A stretch of DNA of 63,457 nt, the filler included, from Actinomycetota bacterium (lineage in GTDB: Bacteria > Actinomycetota > Acidimicrobiia > Spongiisociales > UBA4744), in assembly GCA_013152275.1 (NCBI GenBank). It is 5 parts of 5 records of this genome, joined end to end, with 100 filler letters (N's around TTAATTAATTAA, not from the genome) between each part and the next. Parts side by side here need not be neighbours in the genome. Positions count along the whole stretch, not along the records: positions 50,182 to 57,528 come from JAADGS010000076.1; positions 57,629 to 63,457 come from JAADGS010000039.1; 3 more parts are not named here. One strand, given 5' to 3'. Made by a program: the position numbers and the translations under genes. Numbering within the stretch: position 1 is the first letter of the stretch; the number at the start of each line of letters is the position of its first letter. The notes under the pieces were generated by a model, which did no database searches, had not been told where the DNA came from, and was given only the letters and a program-made list of their open reading frames with translations. This document shows, one piece after another, positions 50,654-61,420 of this stretch.

Positions 50654-53125
50654 GTGAAACGCACCTCGATCATTCTGTTCTTGACATTCCTTCTCGTCAT
50701 CTCTGGGACTGCCGTGGCGGCGGGAATGCCACCCGCCCATCGGGGACCGGACAGCGGCACGGTGACGATCGTCCGAGACGACTACGGCGTCCCACACGTC
50801 TACGGGTCCACGATCGAATCGCTCTTCTACGGCGTCGGCTACGCGCAGGCGCAAGACCGCCTCTGGCAAGCGGACATCCTCCGGCGTCTCGGGACCGGGA
50901 CCCTGGCCGAGTTCTTCGGCCCCGCATCGGTAGCCGGCGACATCCAATCCCGGAAACTGTTCGGTCCGCCCGAACGACGTGCGGCGCTCTACGCCGGAGC
51001 ATCACGCGACTCTCGAACGATGTTGCAGGCGTTCGCCGATGGGATGAATGCCTGGATCGATGAGGCGACCGCCAACGGTCGGCTCCCGGTCGAATACGGC
51101 GCCTTGGGGCTGACTCCGCGCCCGTGGACCGTCGATGACTCGATCGCCACGTTCATGCTCCTTGCAAGCCAGTTCGGCTGGTTCGGTGGCCAAGAGCTGG
51201 ACAACGCCCAGATGCTCAACGATCTCGTGGCCGACAACGGTCTGTCGGAAGGCGCAGCGATGTTCGCCGATACACACTGGTCGCACGACCCGGACGCTCC
51301 CACGACCGCGCCCGCCACAGGAGCGATCGGCACGGTCCGGCACGGTGCAGGCCCTCACGCCATGATGCCACGCGGAATCGGCGGAGCCGCCGCCGAGTTC
51401 GAAGCCGGTCGACAGGCTTTGAAGAACAACCTCGACATGGCAGGGATACATCCGGGTCCGGCTTCCAACGCCATCGTTCTGGCACCCAAACTGACCACGG
51501 ACGGCCACCCGCTCCTGTTCGGTGGGCCCCAGATGGGCTACTCGGTCCCGCAGATCAACCACGAGATCGGCATCCACGGTGCAGGGTTCGATGTGACCGG
51601 GATGGAGATCGCCGGCTGGCCGGGCACACCCATCGGAGTGGGCCGCGACTACGCCTGGACCCTCACGTCGGGATTCACCGACAACACCGACATCTACATG
51701 GAGACGGTGAATGGCGCCGGTCAATACCTGTTCGAAGGTGATTGGCTGAATTACGACTGCCGCACGGAAACGATCGGCGTGCGTTCCGCGCCACCAGTCG
51801 ATACCGAGATATGCGAGTCGATCCACGGCCCGGTGATGGGAACCGCTCCCGGTCTGGCGTTCACGCTCAAGACTCCGACCCGTGGAGAGGAGATGAACAG
51901 TCTCACGGCGTGGACCGACCTGGGAAGGGCCCGTTCGATCGGCGACTTCGAGGAGTCGCTCACGAAGATCGCCTACAACTTCAACGTCCTCTACGCCGAT
52001 GCCCGCGGCAACATCGCCTACTGGCACATCGGATCCATCCCGATCCGGGCAGACGGTGACGATCCTTGGCTGCCCCACGACGGTACCGGCGGCGCCGAAT
52101 GGCAGGGATACGTCCCCTGGGACGAGATGCCCCACGCGCTGAATCCGGAGCGAGGCTGGATGGCCTCGTGGAACAACAAGCCCACACCCGGATGGGAGAA
52201 CACGGTCGCCGGGTTCGGGACCTTCGGACCTGTGCATCGAGTCAACACGCTGTTCAACCTGCTGGAACAGATCGAACCCAACAGTGCCGACATGGCAACG
52301 TTGAAATCGATCAACAAAACGGCTGGATGGACTACCGACACGCCGTCGGGGAGTGCGAAAACCGTATTCGTCTCGACGCTCCTCGATGACCTGCTGGCTC
52401 ATACGGATACCGGCGCCGACGCCCGGTTGCCCGGGATCGTGGCGATGCTCGACGGATGGGACTGGTCACAGGTCGACGCCAACGGCGACGGTGTCTACGA
52501 CAACCCGTCGGTGGCCGTGTTCAACACCTGGTGGAAGACGCTGGTCTCTCAGATCTTCTCCGACGATCTGGGTTCCAATCTCGACGGCAACGTGGCCGGT
52601 AATCTGATGGCCCGTCTGCTGGATGACGATCCGGCCGTTCCGCTCCTTCACGACTATCTGAATGGCGAATCCGTAACGGACGCGGTCACCGCCGCTCTGG
52701 TCGATACCCTCGACGAGCTGAGTGTCGCGTACGGATCGACGGACACCGGTACGTGGCTACAACCGGTGGCCAAGATCCATTGGAGTCCCCTCGGTGTGGG
52801 AACGGTACCGGACACCATCTGGATGAACCGGGGCACGTACAACCAGATCGTTCACCTTGGAAGAGGGGCGCGCATGTACGGCGTCAACGTGATCGCTCCG
52901 GGACAGAGTGGCGATCCCTCCAGCCCCCACTTCTCCGATCAACTGGCCTTGTACGCCTCGTGGACCTACAAGCCGATGATCCTGGACCGTCAGGATCTGA
53001 GGGGACACACCGAGTCGGTCACCGTCCTGCGCACCCCGGGGGACTGGCGCCCTGTTCGGCGTCACGGCAGCGGCGGTTTCGATGCCGGCGCCGGCCACTC
53101 CCGGGCTTTTGGTGGGATGAATTGA
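50654..53125 (+). CDS. Secreted penicillin acylase-family (Ntn) hydrolase
   Basis: Signal peptide; RD.YGVPH, GYAQAQDRLWQ, A-SNA nucleophile Ser271, WNNKP, PGQSG. Confidence 0.92.
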   Translation: MKRTSIILFLTFLLVISGTAVAAGMPPAHRGPDSGTVTIVRDDYGVPHVYGSTIESLFYGVGYAQAQDRLWQADILRRLGTGTLAEFFGPASVAGDIQSRKLFGPPERRAALYAGASRDSRTMLQAFADGMNAWIDEATANGRLPVEYGALGLTPRPWTVDDSIATFMLLASQFGWFGGQELDNAQMLNDLVADNGLSEGAAMFADTHWSHDPDAPTTAPATGAIGTVRHGAGPHAMMPRGIGGAAAEFEAGRQALKNNLDMAGIHPGPASNAIVLAPKLTTDGHPLLFGGPQMGYSVPQINHEIGIHGAGFDVTGMEIAGWPGTPIGVGRDYAWTLTSGFTDNTDIYMETVNGAGQYLFEGDWLNYDCRTETIGVRSAPPVDTEICESIHGPVMGTAPGLAFTLKTPTRGEEMNSLTAWTDLGRARSIGDFEESLTKIAYNFNVLYADARGNIAYWHIGSIPIRADGDDPWLPHDGTGGAEWQGYVPWDEMPHALNPERGWMASWNNKPTPGWENTVAGFGTFGPVHRVNTLFNLLEQIEPNSADMATLKSINKTAGWTTDTPSGSAKTVFVSTLLDDLLAHTDTGADARLPGIVAMLDGWDWSQVDANGDGVYDNPSVAVFNTWWKTLVSQIFSDDLGSNLDGNVAGNLMARLLDDDPAVPLLHDYLNGESVTDAVTAALVDTLDELSVAYGSTDTGTWLQPVAKIHWSPLGVGTVPDTIWMNRGTYNQIVHLGRGARMYGVNVIAPGQSGDPSSPHFSDQLALYASWTYKPMILDRQDLRGHTESVTVLRTPGDWRPVRRHGSGGFDAGAGHSRAFGGMN

Positions 53126-53156
53126 CAGGTCCTGACCGCCAACCGGCGTTGAAGTG

Positions 53157-53208
53157 ACGAACGAGCCCTCTGGGATCGCCCCGAAGGCAGCCCAGAGGGC
53201 TTGTTCGT
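53157..53208 (+). terminator. Long hairpin after the acylase gene
   Basis: ACGAACGAGCCCTCTGGG...CCCAGAGGGCTTGTTCGT. Confidence 0.65.
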
Positions 53209-53462
53209 GGACACGGAGAGCCAGATCGGCGCATAACACCGGGGGTGGCTCACCGGCCGACGAGCCACCCCCGGGAGCACTTGGACGGCAAACGCCGGGC
53301 GTCCAGGATCCGGCGGCACTGCTTCCGGCAGGACAGGCCGGCGCGTTGGCCCGCGTCGCACAACGCCGATCCACCGCGGAGGGCCCGCCGCCGAGAAACT
53401 GAACCGGTCCGGGTTCATCGGAGCCTCCGGACAACCTGGAGCCGTTCGGCGGGCCCCGCCGA

Positions 53463-53890
53463 TCAGCCGACGGTGCGCGCCCAGTCACGGAACTCGAGGA
53501 GACGGCTGCGGTCCCACGCGTTGCCGTGGGTAGGTCGTTTGGCCACACTCACGGACGCCGACGATCGGTAGCCAGGCAAGACACTGTCGGATGAGGGCGT
53601 GGTGGACGGTGGGGACCCGATCCAGCGCCCACAACGCCGCTTCCTCTTTGCTCGGCACCAGCTCTGGTCCACGGTCGAGAACCATGAACACGCGGCACGC
53701 ATTGAGCACTCCATAGAACAGAGTCGCAAGGTGATTCTCGTCTTGGAGGATCCAGAGGAGATCGTCACGTATCGAGTCGAGGTACGCCTCTTGTGGGATC
53801 GGCCCGAAGACATTGCCGATGTCCTCGCCGATGATCGATTCCGAGAACCCCGGACACAAGCCGATGATCGCACATGTGCGGCACGGAATG
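53463..53890 (-). pseudogene. Aminoglycoside adenylyltransferase (AadA-like, DUF4111) C-terminal fragment, frameshifted ~53575
   Basis: VFGPIP..AYLDSI..D, YGVLNACR, SKEEAA.WAL; tail YRSS...WDR..LL.FRD in another frame; no N-terminal NTase domain seen. Confidence 0.7.
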
Positions 53891-54147
53891 CGCCCGATCG
53901 CCGATTGACGGGCAAGTGGGGAGCACAAGACCCACACGTCCACCGTCGGCACGTGCGCGCCCGAGCGCTCGAACGGCCGTAACCGGCCGGGAGTCTGCCG
54001 AGTAGTGCAGGTGCGTGGATCGGCGGACGGTCGCATGGATGCGCGCCGGAATCGGCTGGCTGCACCGTTGACACGACCCCGCAAGTGATCACCCGCTTCC
54101 GGCTGTTGCCGTCCGGCCGAGCACGGCTCCGGGTTCTATCATGCGAC

Positions 54148-55361
54148 ATGGCTCTCCCGGAAGCGTCGTCTCGCAGATCGGGATGGATCGTGCCGTTGTC
54201 GGCCACCGTGATGGTCGGATTCGGCGTGATTCTCTATGGATTCTCCGTCTATGTCACCGATCATGCGGCGGGGGCGGAGTTCTCGAAGACCGTTCTGTCG
54301 GTCGCGTACGGAGGTTCGGTGTTCGTGGGGGGCCTCCTCGCCCTTCCGGTGGGGCGGTATGCCGACAGGCACGGGGTACGGGCGGTGGTCGGGGCAGGAG
54401 CGCTGCTCGGTTCTCTGGGTCTGATCGTCTTCTCGATCTCGAACCAGGCGTGGCAGGTCGTCGCCGCGTGGTGGGTGCTCATCGGACCTGCTCAGGCCAT
54501 GATCTATTACGAACCGGCCTACGTCGCGATCAACCAGTGGTCTTCCGTCCGCGACCGTGCCCGCGTGCTGGCCACCGTCACGTTGATCGGCGGTCTGGCC
54601 GGCATCGTGTTCATTCCGCTCGCCGAACGGTTGGTGACTGTCCTGGGCTGGCGTCCGGCGGTTCTCGTGCTGGGGCTCGTGCTGCTCACCGTTGGTGAAG
54701 CCACCGCCCTGTTCGCCCTGCCACGGCGGCCGGAGCCGCGATGGCGTCCGAGGAGGGAATCTCGATCTCGGGACTCTTTCGGGACCGCAGGTTCGTGCTG
54801 TACACGGCGGCGATGGCGGTCACGTTCATGGCCGCCCAGGGAGTCATCGCCCATCGTTTGACCCGCTTCGAAGAGGTCGGCTTCTCGCTGGCAACGGTTG
54901 CACTGTGGGCGGCCATCGCTTCGGCGATGAGCCTGCCCGGCCGTTGGATAGCACCCATGTTGGCGGCACGGTTCGGAGCGACACCGGTCCAGGCGGGTAT
55001 CACCCTGATCGTGGCGCTCGGTGTCTCGTTGATGTTCAACGGCACACAGTGGTGGCAGATGGTTGGCCATTTCTCGTTGTTCGGCCTGGCATTCGGTGGG
55101 CTTCTCCCGTTGCGCGCCATGGTCATGGCCGATTGGTACTCGGGGCCCGCCTACGGACGGATCATGGGCACCCAATGGACCATTGCCGTACTGATCGGCG
55201 CGACCGGCCCTGCCCTCGTAGGCGTCTTGCGCGACGCCACCGGTGACTACCAGGCGTCGATCGTGCTGCTCACGGTGCTGCTTCTCGTAGGCATGGTGGC
55301 GATCGTGGCCGCCGGCCGGGCAAGACCCGGCATCGCAAGCGCACACGGCCGGGTCTCGTGA
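54148..55361 (+). CDS. MFS transporter, split/frameshifted at the central loop (~54720-54741)
   Basis: VGRYADRHG motif A; N-half in 54148..54861, C-half in 54741..55361. Confidence 0.82.
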
Positions 55362-55568
55362 CGATGAGGCGCCCTCTTTCGATTGATGTCGCGCCGAACG
55401 GCCCGCCCGAGAACACGCGGCGCGCGCCGGTCGCAGAGCACGACCGGACGAAGGCTGGACCGGCCCGGGGCTGGGACGTTCGGATGTTCTCCCGGGTTTG
55501 GTGGAGGCTCATCCGCCCACCGATCCACGTCCGGCGGCGCCATGCTCGATGCGGCGGCGGATTCCCCC

Positions 55569-55626
55569 TGGACATCTCCTACCAACCGACATATGCTGAG
55601 TGTCTACTCAGTGAGTTAGTACTCAC
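55569..55626 (+). promoter_or_regulatory. Sigma70-type promoter overlapped by two tandem TetR operators
   Basis: TGGACA-17-TATGCT; CTGAGT-gtct-ACTCAG (55596-55611) and GTGAGT-tagt-ACTCAC (55611-55626). Confidence 0.8.
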
Positions 55627-55637
55627 CAAGGAGAGGG

Positions 55638-56252
55638 ATGGACGGGCAGGCCGGTACCCGCAGCGAGAGGAAGCAACAGACTCGCCTGCTGCTGATCGAG
55701 GCGGCCCATGACCTGATGGCCGAGAGGGGCATCATCGCCACCCGCACCATCGACGTTGCGGAACGAGCCGGGGTGGCCCACGGGACGGTGTTCGTGCACT
55801 TCGCGACCAGGGAGGATCTGATCGCGGCGGTCGTGGGCGTGTATGCGGGACGGATCGCCAAACGTCTGCACGAGTTGGCAGGCGAGGAAACGACGGTACG
55901 CGCCGTGCTGACCGCTCATCTCGCGGGACTCGCCGAGGACGAAGCCTTCTACTCCCGCCTGGTGATGGAGGGCCCGCTGCTGCCGCCCTATGCCCGCGCC
56001 ACGCTGCTGGGAATGCAATCGGCGATCTCCGCCCACCTGGCCAAGGTGGCGAAACAGGAGATGGAAGCCGGTGAGGTCCGGCGTATGCCTATCTCCCTGC
56101 TGTTCAACACTTGGCTGGGGCTCGTCCACCACTACGTCGGGGGGCGGGAGCTGTTCGCCCCCGGACAGTCGGTGGTGGAGCGGTGGGGACCGACGTTGCT
56201 GGATCACTACCTGGGACTGCTACGTCCCGACGGACAAGGAGGAGAAGTATGA
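55638..56252 (+). CDS. TetR/AcrR-family regulator
   Basis: DVAERAGVAHGTVFVHF.TREDL. Confidence 0.92.
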   Translation: MDGQAGTRSERKQQTRLLLIEAAHDLMAERGIIATRTIDVAERAGVAHGTVFVHFATREDLIAAVVGVYAGRIAKRLHELAGEETTVRAVLTAHLAGLAEDEAFYSRLVMEGPLLPPYARATLLGMQSAISAHLAKVAKQEMEAGEVRRMPISLLFNTWLGLVHHYVGGRELFAPGQSVVERWGPTLLDHYLGLLRPDGQGGEV

Positions 56253-56494
56253 CGACGACCCAATGCATCTCGTGTGGAATGCCGATGAGCAAGCCCGAAG
56301 ACCACGCCGCAGGCGACCCGACCAAGGACTACTGCCTGCACTGCGCTCGCCCCGACGGCACGATGCGGTCGCGAGAGGAGACTCGCGAGGGTTGGACCGC
56401 CTTCATGGTGAAGACCCAGGGCATCGACGAGACCGCCGCCCGCCAGGCGGTGGAGGAGATGATGGCAAGGTTGCCGGCATGGAAGGAAACCTGA
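56249..56494 (+). CDS. Zinc-ribbon domain protein
   Basis: CISCGMPM...YCLHC...LPAWK; GGAGGAG SD. Confidence 0.85.
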   Translation: MTTTQCISCGMPMSKPEDHAAGDPTKDYCLHCARPDGTMRSREETREGWTAFMVKTQGIDETAARQAVEEMMARLPAWKET

Positions 56495-56498
56495 GTAC

Positions 56499-57119
56499 AT
56501 GCCCAAGCTCGACCTGAAGAAGGAGTACCGCCGCTTCTACAACCCCTCTGCCAAGGAATGCTCGATCGTCGACGTGCCCGAGATGCAGTTCCTGATGATC
56601 GACGGTTCCGGCGACCCGAACACGTCGAGCGCCTACCGGGAAGCCCTCAAGGCTCTCTACGCGATGTCGTACACGCTGAAGTTCCTGAGCAAGAGAACCG
56701 AAGGTATCGACTACGTGGTCATGGCTCTCGAGGGCCTGTGGTGGTCTGACGACATGGCCGGGTTCTCGATGGATGACAGAACGGCGTGGAAATGGACGTC
56801 GCTGATGATGCAGCCCGATCACATCACCGCCGCCCACTTTCAAGCTGCGATCGAAGAGGTGAGCCGGAAGAAGGACCTGCCGGCCCTCGACCGGATGCGT
56901 TTCGAGCCGTTCAGAGAGGGCCTCTCCGTCCAGATCATGCACATCGGCCCGTATGCCGAGGAAGGCCCGACCATCGCGCGACTCCACGAGTTCGCCGCCG
57001 AGCGCCGCTACAGCTTGCGGGGCAAACACCATGAGATCTACCTGAGCGATCCGCGCCGAACGGCACCCGAAAGGTTGCGTACGGTGATCAGGCAACCGGT
57101 CGAGGCGGTGTCCGAGTAG
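56499..57119 (+). CDS. GyrI-like small-molecule-binding protein
   Basis: DLKKE...Y.P, G.GDPN, LEGLWW, H.GPY..E, HHEIYLSDPRR. Confidence 0.9.
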   Translation: MPKLDLKKEYRRFYNPSAKECSIVDVPEMQFLMIDGSGDPNTSSAYREALKALYAMSYTLKFLSKRTEGIDYVVMALEGLWWSDDMAGFSMDDRTAWKWTSLMMQPDHITAAHFQAAIEEVSRKKDLPALDRMRFEPFREGLSVQIMHIGPYAEEGPTIARLHEFAAERRYSLRGKHHEIYLSDPRRTAPERLRTVIRQPVEAVSE

Positions 57120-57157
57120 GCGACCGGCCCGCCCCGGGGAGACTGGGTTGGCCAATC

Positions 57158-57410
57158 GTGGCGATCGCCCGCCATATGGGTTTTGAACGCAAGACGATCC
57201 CGAGGTATCCGGCCGGTGAACGACGGCGGGTGCGCCACCAGGAGTCGGATCCGTTCAACCGCATCGAGAAGAGCGTATGCCGACGCTTGGCTGATGACTG
57301 GCGCGTACGGACGACCGTGTTGTCCGACGAGGCGAAGGCGTTGGGGTATCCCCGCGGCCATCCGGCGTTCAGCCGGCAGCAGTGGGACCGGGGACTGCGG
57401 CCGCACATCG
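57158..57410 (+). pseudogene. Degenerate IS21-family transposase (IstA) N-terminal remnant
   Basis: AIARHMG.ERKTI.RY..GER...DPF.R....V..RLADD....TVL.DE..ALGY.....F.RQ...RGLRPH. Confidence 0.65.
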
Positions 57411-57460
57411 GTGCGTACGGGCGGGTCGGGGCGGCCGGTGTCGTGTTGTGTGGGCTCCGG

Positions 57461-57528
57461 TCAGGCGATCGTCACACCGGCATCCAGGTAAACGTCCTGA
57501 ATCGCGTTGAGCAGCTCCACACCCTCGG
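57461..57528 (-). CDS. fbaB: Extreme 3' end of class I fructose-bisphosphate aldolase (partial at the gap)
   Basis: EGVELLNAIQDVYLDAGVTIA* resembles the FbaB C-terminus. Confidence 0.8.
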
Positions 57529-57628
57529 NNNNNNNNNNNNNNNNNNNNNNNNNNNNNNNNNNNNNNNNNNNNTTAATTAATTAANNNNNNNNNNNNNNNN
57601 NNNNNNNNNNNNNNNNNNNNNNNNNNNN
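57529..57628. other. Artificial contig linker
   Basis: N44-TTAATTAATTAA-N44. Confidence 0.98.
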
Positions 57629-58536
57629 CCCTGCTGCACACCTCCGAAGAGCTGGTGGGCGAGGGCCAGTGAGTACTCGGGGAAGAAATCGATGATGGAC
57701 GTGTCGAAATAGACGATGCGGCCCAAGCCGTACCGGGTGGCTTCGGCGGCCGGGAAACCGTCGTACTGGGTGACGTCGACACCCTCGTAGGACCCGGGGT
57801 TCGTGATGCTGAATCGAAGGAGCGGTTGCACATTGGAGCTTGCGACCCGTGCAAACTCGGCGCCGGCACCGGTCGGTCGATTCAGCCGGAGCGTGGTGAG
57901 CCCCAGGTTGGCGAGTGCCTTCTGCACGATGGGGTGATTACGTCCCTGCGCGTCGAGGAGCAGATCCAGCGCATCGGGTGTCGGGTCGTTGAGGTAGTCC
58001 ATCTGGTACGCCTCGCTGAGCGGGCCCCACTCCCAAGCTTCCCGGTTCATCTCGAGAGGCCATAGACCCCAGCCTCCTCCGGGGAGAGGGAACTCGCGAG
58101 GTGACGCCAGAACGGGGACGAGACCGCCGCCACCGGCGATCCAGTCCCGCACGGTCAGCGACGCCGACTCGTTCATGACCCGTGTGTACGGGAGCACGAT
58201 CACGTCGAAACCGGCGAGTTGGCCAGGATCCTCGAGATCCGCGTCGCTGACCCACACCGGGTTCATCCCGACGCGCTGCAGGGCATCGAATGCGGCCTGC
58301 TGGCGGCCGGCGACATCCCAGCCTTTGGTGGCGGCGAAAGCGAGGGTCGAAGCCGAGTTGAGCACGCCGACGCGAGGGGTGGTGACAGAAGATGCCGGCG
58401 CTGCAAGGCCGAACACCATCATGCTCATGATGGCGAATACGGCGGCGACCCTCCTCATCCAGTTGTTGTCGGCCCGTTCGGCCTTTCCCTTGAGCCGTTC
58501 CGGAACGATGGTGCGGTTCATGGAGAAGGCACTCAT
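57629..58536 (-). CDS. Secreted protein with class I GATase-like/trimerisation-type domain, 3' partial (alternative start 58458)
   Basis: Signal MRRVAAVFA..APASS; FDVIVLP..WIAGGGGL; YG.GRIVYF. Confidence 0.7.
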
Positions 58537-59588
58537 CGCAGAGCGACCACGGATTCGAGCCGTTCGAGGGCGTTTGCCGCAAGGGCGTCCGCCGAGAACT
58601 CCGATGCCCTCTCGACCGCCGCTCGGGCGACATTCCGATCTCCGGGGTGTCGCAGCCGGACTGCGAGCTGTTCGGCAAGCTCTCCAGGATCATCCGGTGG
58701 CACGACCGAGCCACATCCCGGTGTCGGGATGGCACCGAGACCTCCGACATCGCTCACGACGACCGGAGTGCCGCATGCCAGAGCTTCGAGGGCGACGAGC
58801 CCGAGAGCATCCCGACGGGACGGCACGGCGACGACGGCCGCCTTGCGGAAGAGATCCGCGACCGTTTCGTGATCGACCTCGCCCAGCCAGCGGATCCGAC
58901 CGGCGAGACCGGATTCGGCAGCCAGTGCCTGCAGGTGTGACCTCTCGGGACCGTCTCCGGCGAGTGTCGCCGTCCAAGCGATGTCATCGGGGATGCGAGC
59001 GAGCGCCCGGAGCAACACATCGACACCCTTGTGGCTCGTGAGGTTCCCGGCGAAGGCGACCGTGGCCGCGCGCCCACCGGCCTTCTCGGGAGGGTGGAAG
59101 ACGGTCAGGTCAACGCCCGGAGGCAGCACCACGGCTTCGACTCCGAACGTGTCTCGGAGCAGTCCGGCGGTCCAGTCGGAGTTCGTGTGTACCTCCGATG
59201 CACCGTCGATGGCACGTTTGAGAGCGCTCCGTATCCAAGGCGGCTGGTCCAGAGCGGCGTCGCTTCCGTGAGCGTAGAGAACATAGCTCCGCCTCGTGAG
59301 CCTCGCCGTTGCCCAGCCGACGACAGCGGTCGGCACGAGGTAGTGGCTCTCGACGATGTCGGGGCGAAACGGCAGTCCCGCGGCGAAGGACCGCATCATG
59401 AGCCAGAGGTACTTCGCCGGCGTCCTGAGAACACCCCGGCGGGGATCGGAGATCGCGACAACGCGCACCTGCGCCCCCTGACGTCGATACGCGGCGGCGC
59501 GTTCACGCACGAACACACCGAACGACGGATGGCTCGGCGACGGGTACATGTTGGAAATCAGCAGTATGCGGAGAGATCCTGGTGGCAT
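58533..59588 (-). CDS. Glycosyltransferase family 4
   Basis: SNMYP, HGSD, KGVDVLL, DALGLVALEALACGTPVV. Confidence 0.92.
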   Translation of the reverse strand: MPPGSLRILLISNMYPSPSHPSFGVFVRERAAAYRRQGAQVRVVAISDPRRGVLRTPAKYLWLMMRSFAAGLPFRPDIVESHYLVPTAVVGWATARLTRRSYVLYAHGSDAALDQPPWIRSALKRAIDGASEVHTNSDWTAGLLRDTFGVEAVVLPPGVDLTVFHPPEKAGGRAATVAFAGNLTSHKGVDVLLRALARIPDDIAWTATLAGDGPERSHLQALAAESGLAGRIRWLGEVDHETVADLFRKAAVVAVPSRRDALGLVALEALACGTPVVVSDVGGLGAIPTPGCGSVVPPDDPGELAEQLAVRLRHPGDRNVARAAVERASEFSADALAANALERLESVVALR

Positions 59589-59744
59589 GGGTGCAGTTCG
59601 GTCGAGTCCGGTCAGCGTAGCGACGTTACCGCCCCATCCGGTTGGTCGCCGGTCGGCAGCGGCGAGCCTCTCGTGCCGTTGCCGGCAGTGCCGGGCGTGT
59701 CGGTGAGGGGGTGGCGCTCGCAGCGGGCGTCGATGGTCGACACG

Positions 59745-61199
59745 CTAGGCGAACCGTCTCCGGACAGCCGAGCGAAGCAACGTGATCACCGTCCGAACCT
59801 CAGGTGTCATCAGCCCGAGGACCAGGGCAATGGTGAGGACGTCTGTCGAGCCTTTCGGCGGCAGGAGCGCCATGACACCGACCACCACAGCGGCCGCGGC
59901 GACCCGGTACCACAGCGAACCCCACCGGACGCCGTAGCGGCGGGTGGCGACGATCAGCGGGGCCATGACCTGGATGCTGCTGCCGATTGCGTAGCCCAAA
60001 CCGATCGCGGGCACCCCCATCGCGGGCGACACGGTGATCCAGACAACGATCGCGACGGAGAAGCCGACAAGGCTCGACCACATCGCGATACTCGCCCTTC
60101 GGAGGTCGAGCGCGGCGAGCGCCGCGACCGACGGCGTGCCGACGATTCTCGTGAAGAATGCCACCGAGAACCAGGCGAGCGTCGCTCCTCCGGTCAGGCT
60201 CGTGAAGAAGATGCCCAGGAAGCGGGAGCGCTCGATGATGAGCAGGGCGAAGATCGGGGCGCTCGAAGCCGCCACGATGGCCGTCGAGACGGCGATCGAC
60301 CCGGCGGATCGGGCGGTCCCCTCTCGAGCGTTGGTCTGCGAGATGGTCGGCAGCAGGACGAGGCTCACCGCACGCGGCAGCAGGTTCAGCGGTTCGAGCA
60401 CGGTGAGGACGCCGCCGATCAACGCCGCGCCGGCGAGTGCATCGACATACGTCGCGGCGATGGGTGTCATATAGGAGAAGCCGACTCCTGCGAGTGAGCC
60501 CACGGCGCCGATGATGCCGTAGCCGACGAAAGAGCGGATGGGCAGTCTCTTCGCGGGCCCCATGTGTCTGAACGCCCTGAGAACGGTCAGGCCCACGGGC
60601 AGGTATGCGGCAGAGAGGGCAAGGATGATCAGGGGCGGCGCCTGGAGTACGACGGCGAGACCGAGTGTGACGGCAAACAGGATCGAGCCGAGGACTTCCC
60701 GTCCGACGTAGGGACGGATGCGATCTTCACCGTACAGGATCGACTTGCCCGAGAGGTAGAAGCCGAACGCCATGACGAGGGTGCCGATCGCGAATACCTC
60801 GAAGGGAGGAGTCGTCCCGAGCCGGTCGGAGAAGGAGACATAGACCATGGCGACCACCGCTCCGACAAGTGAGAAGACGACCCCGGCGCGCGCGGCGAGG
60901 ATGCTCAGGTCGGAAGCGAGCGCCTGATCGCGTTCGCCTCGCAGCTGGGATATGAACTTCGTGACACCTGGCGACAACCCGCCGGAGCCGATGATCGTCA
61001 GGATCGCGGCGACCGACATGGCGAGTGTGAGTACCCCCAACGTGTCGACACCGAACCAGCGTTCGGCGCCGATGCGCGCAATGGCCCGGACGAGCCCGGT
61101 GAGTACCAGTCCCACCATCGTCAAACTCGCTCCGTGGAGCAACCTTCGGGTCTGGTTATGAGGCTCTGGGCCGTCTTGACTGTGGTTTCCGACCGTCAT
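59745..61199 (-). CDS. Wzx/MurJ-like polysaccharide flippase
   Basis: About 12-14 hydrophobic segments; located between GT4 and polymerase. Confidence 0.75.
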   Translation of the reverse strand: MTVGNHSQDGPEPHNQTRRLLHGASLTMVGLVLTGLVRAIARIGAERWFGVDTLGVLTLAMSVAAILTIIGSGGLSPGVTKFISQLRGERDQALASDLSILAARAGVVFSLVGAVVAMVYVSFSDRLGTTPPFEVFAIGTLVMAFGFYLSGKSILYGEDRIRPYVGREVLGSILFAVTLGLAVVLQAPPLIILALSAAYLPVGLTVLRAFRHMGPAKRLPIRSFVGYGIIGAVGSLAGVGFSYMTPIAATYVDALAGAALIGGVLTVLEPLNLLPRAVSLVLLPTISQTNAREGTARSAGSIAVSTAIVAASSAPIFALLIIERSRFLGIFFTSLTGGATLAWFSVAFFTRIVGTPSVAALAALDLRRASIAMWSSLVGFSVAIVVWITVSPAMGVPAIGLGYAIGSSIQVMAPLIVATRRYGVRWGSLWYRVAAAAVVVGVMALLPPKGSTDVLTIALVLGLMTPEVRTVITLLRSAVRRRFA

Positions 61200-61420
61200 C
61201 GCTCCATCCGATTCGGTCGGAAGTGTCCGAGCCGACGATTGGCCACGGGTCGTGTTGTCGTGTGTTCGTTGGAACCGACCGCGTCGGAGATTGTCGACTG
61301 CATGCGCCCTCCGGCTCGGAAGCGTAGCCGCCGTTTCCCTGGGCGTTCGCCGGTGGTGCCTCGGCAAACGCATCCGTGTGACTTCGGCGGCCCTCTCCCT
61401 ACTCAGATCGTCCGGCCGTT

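Noticed and set aside
55353..55363. TCTCGTGACG half-match to the 51-bp element at the MFS stop
   Set aside because: No second arm or spacer; likely chance.
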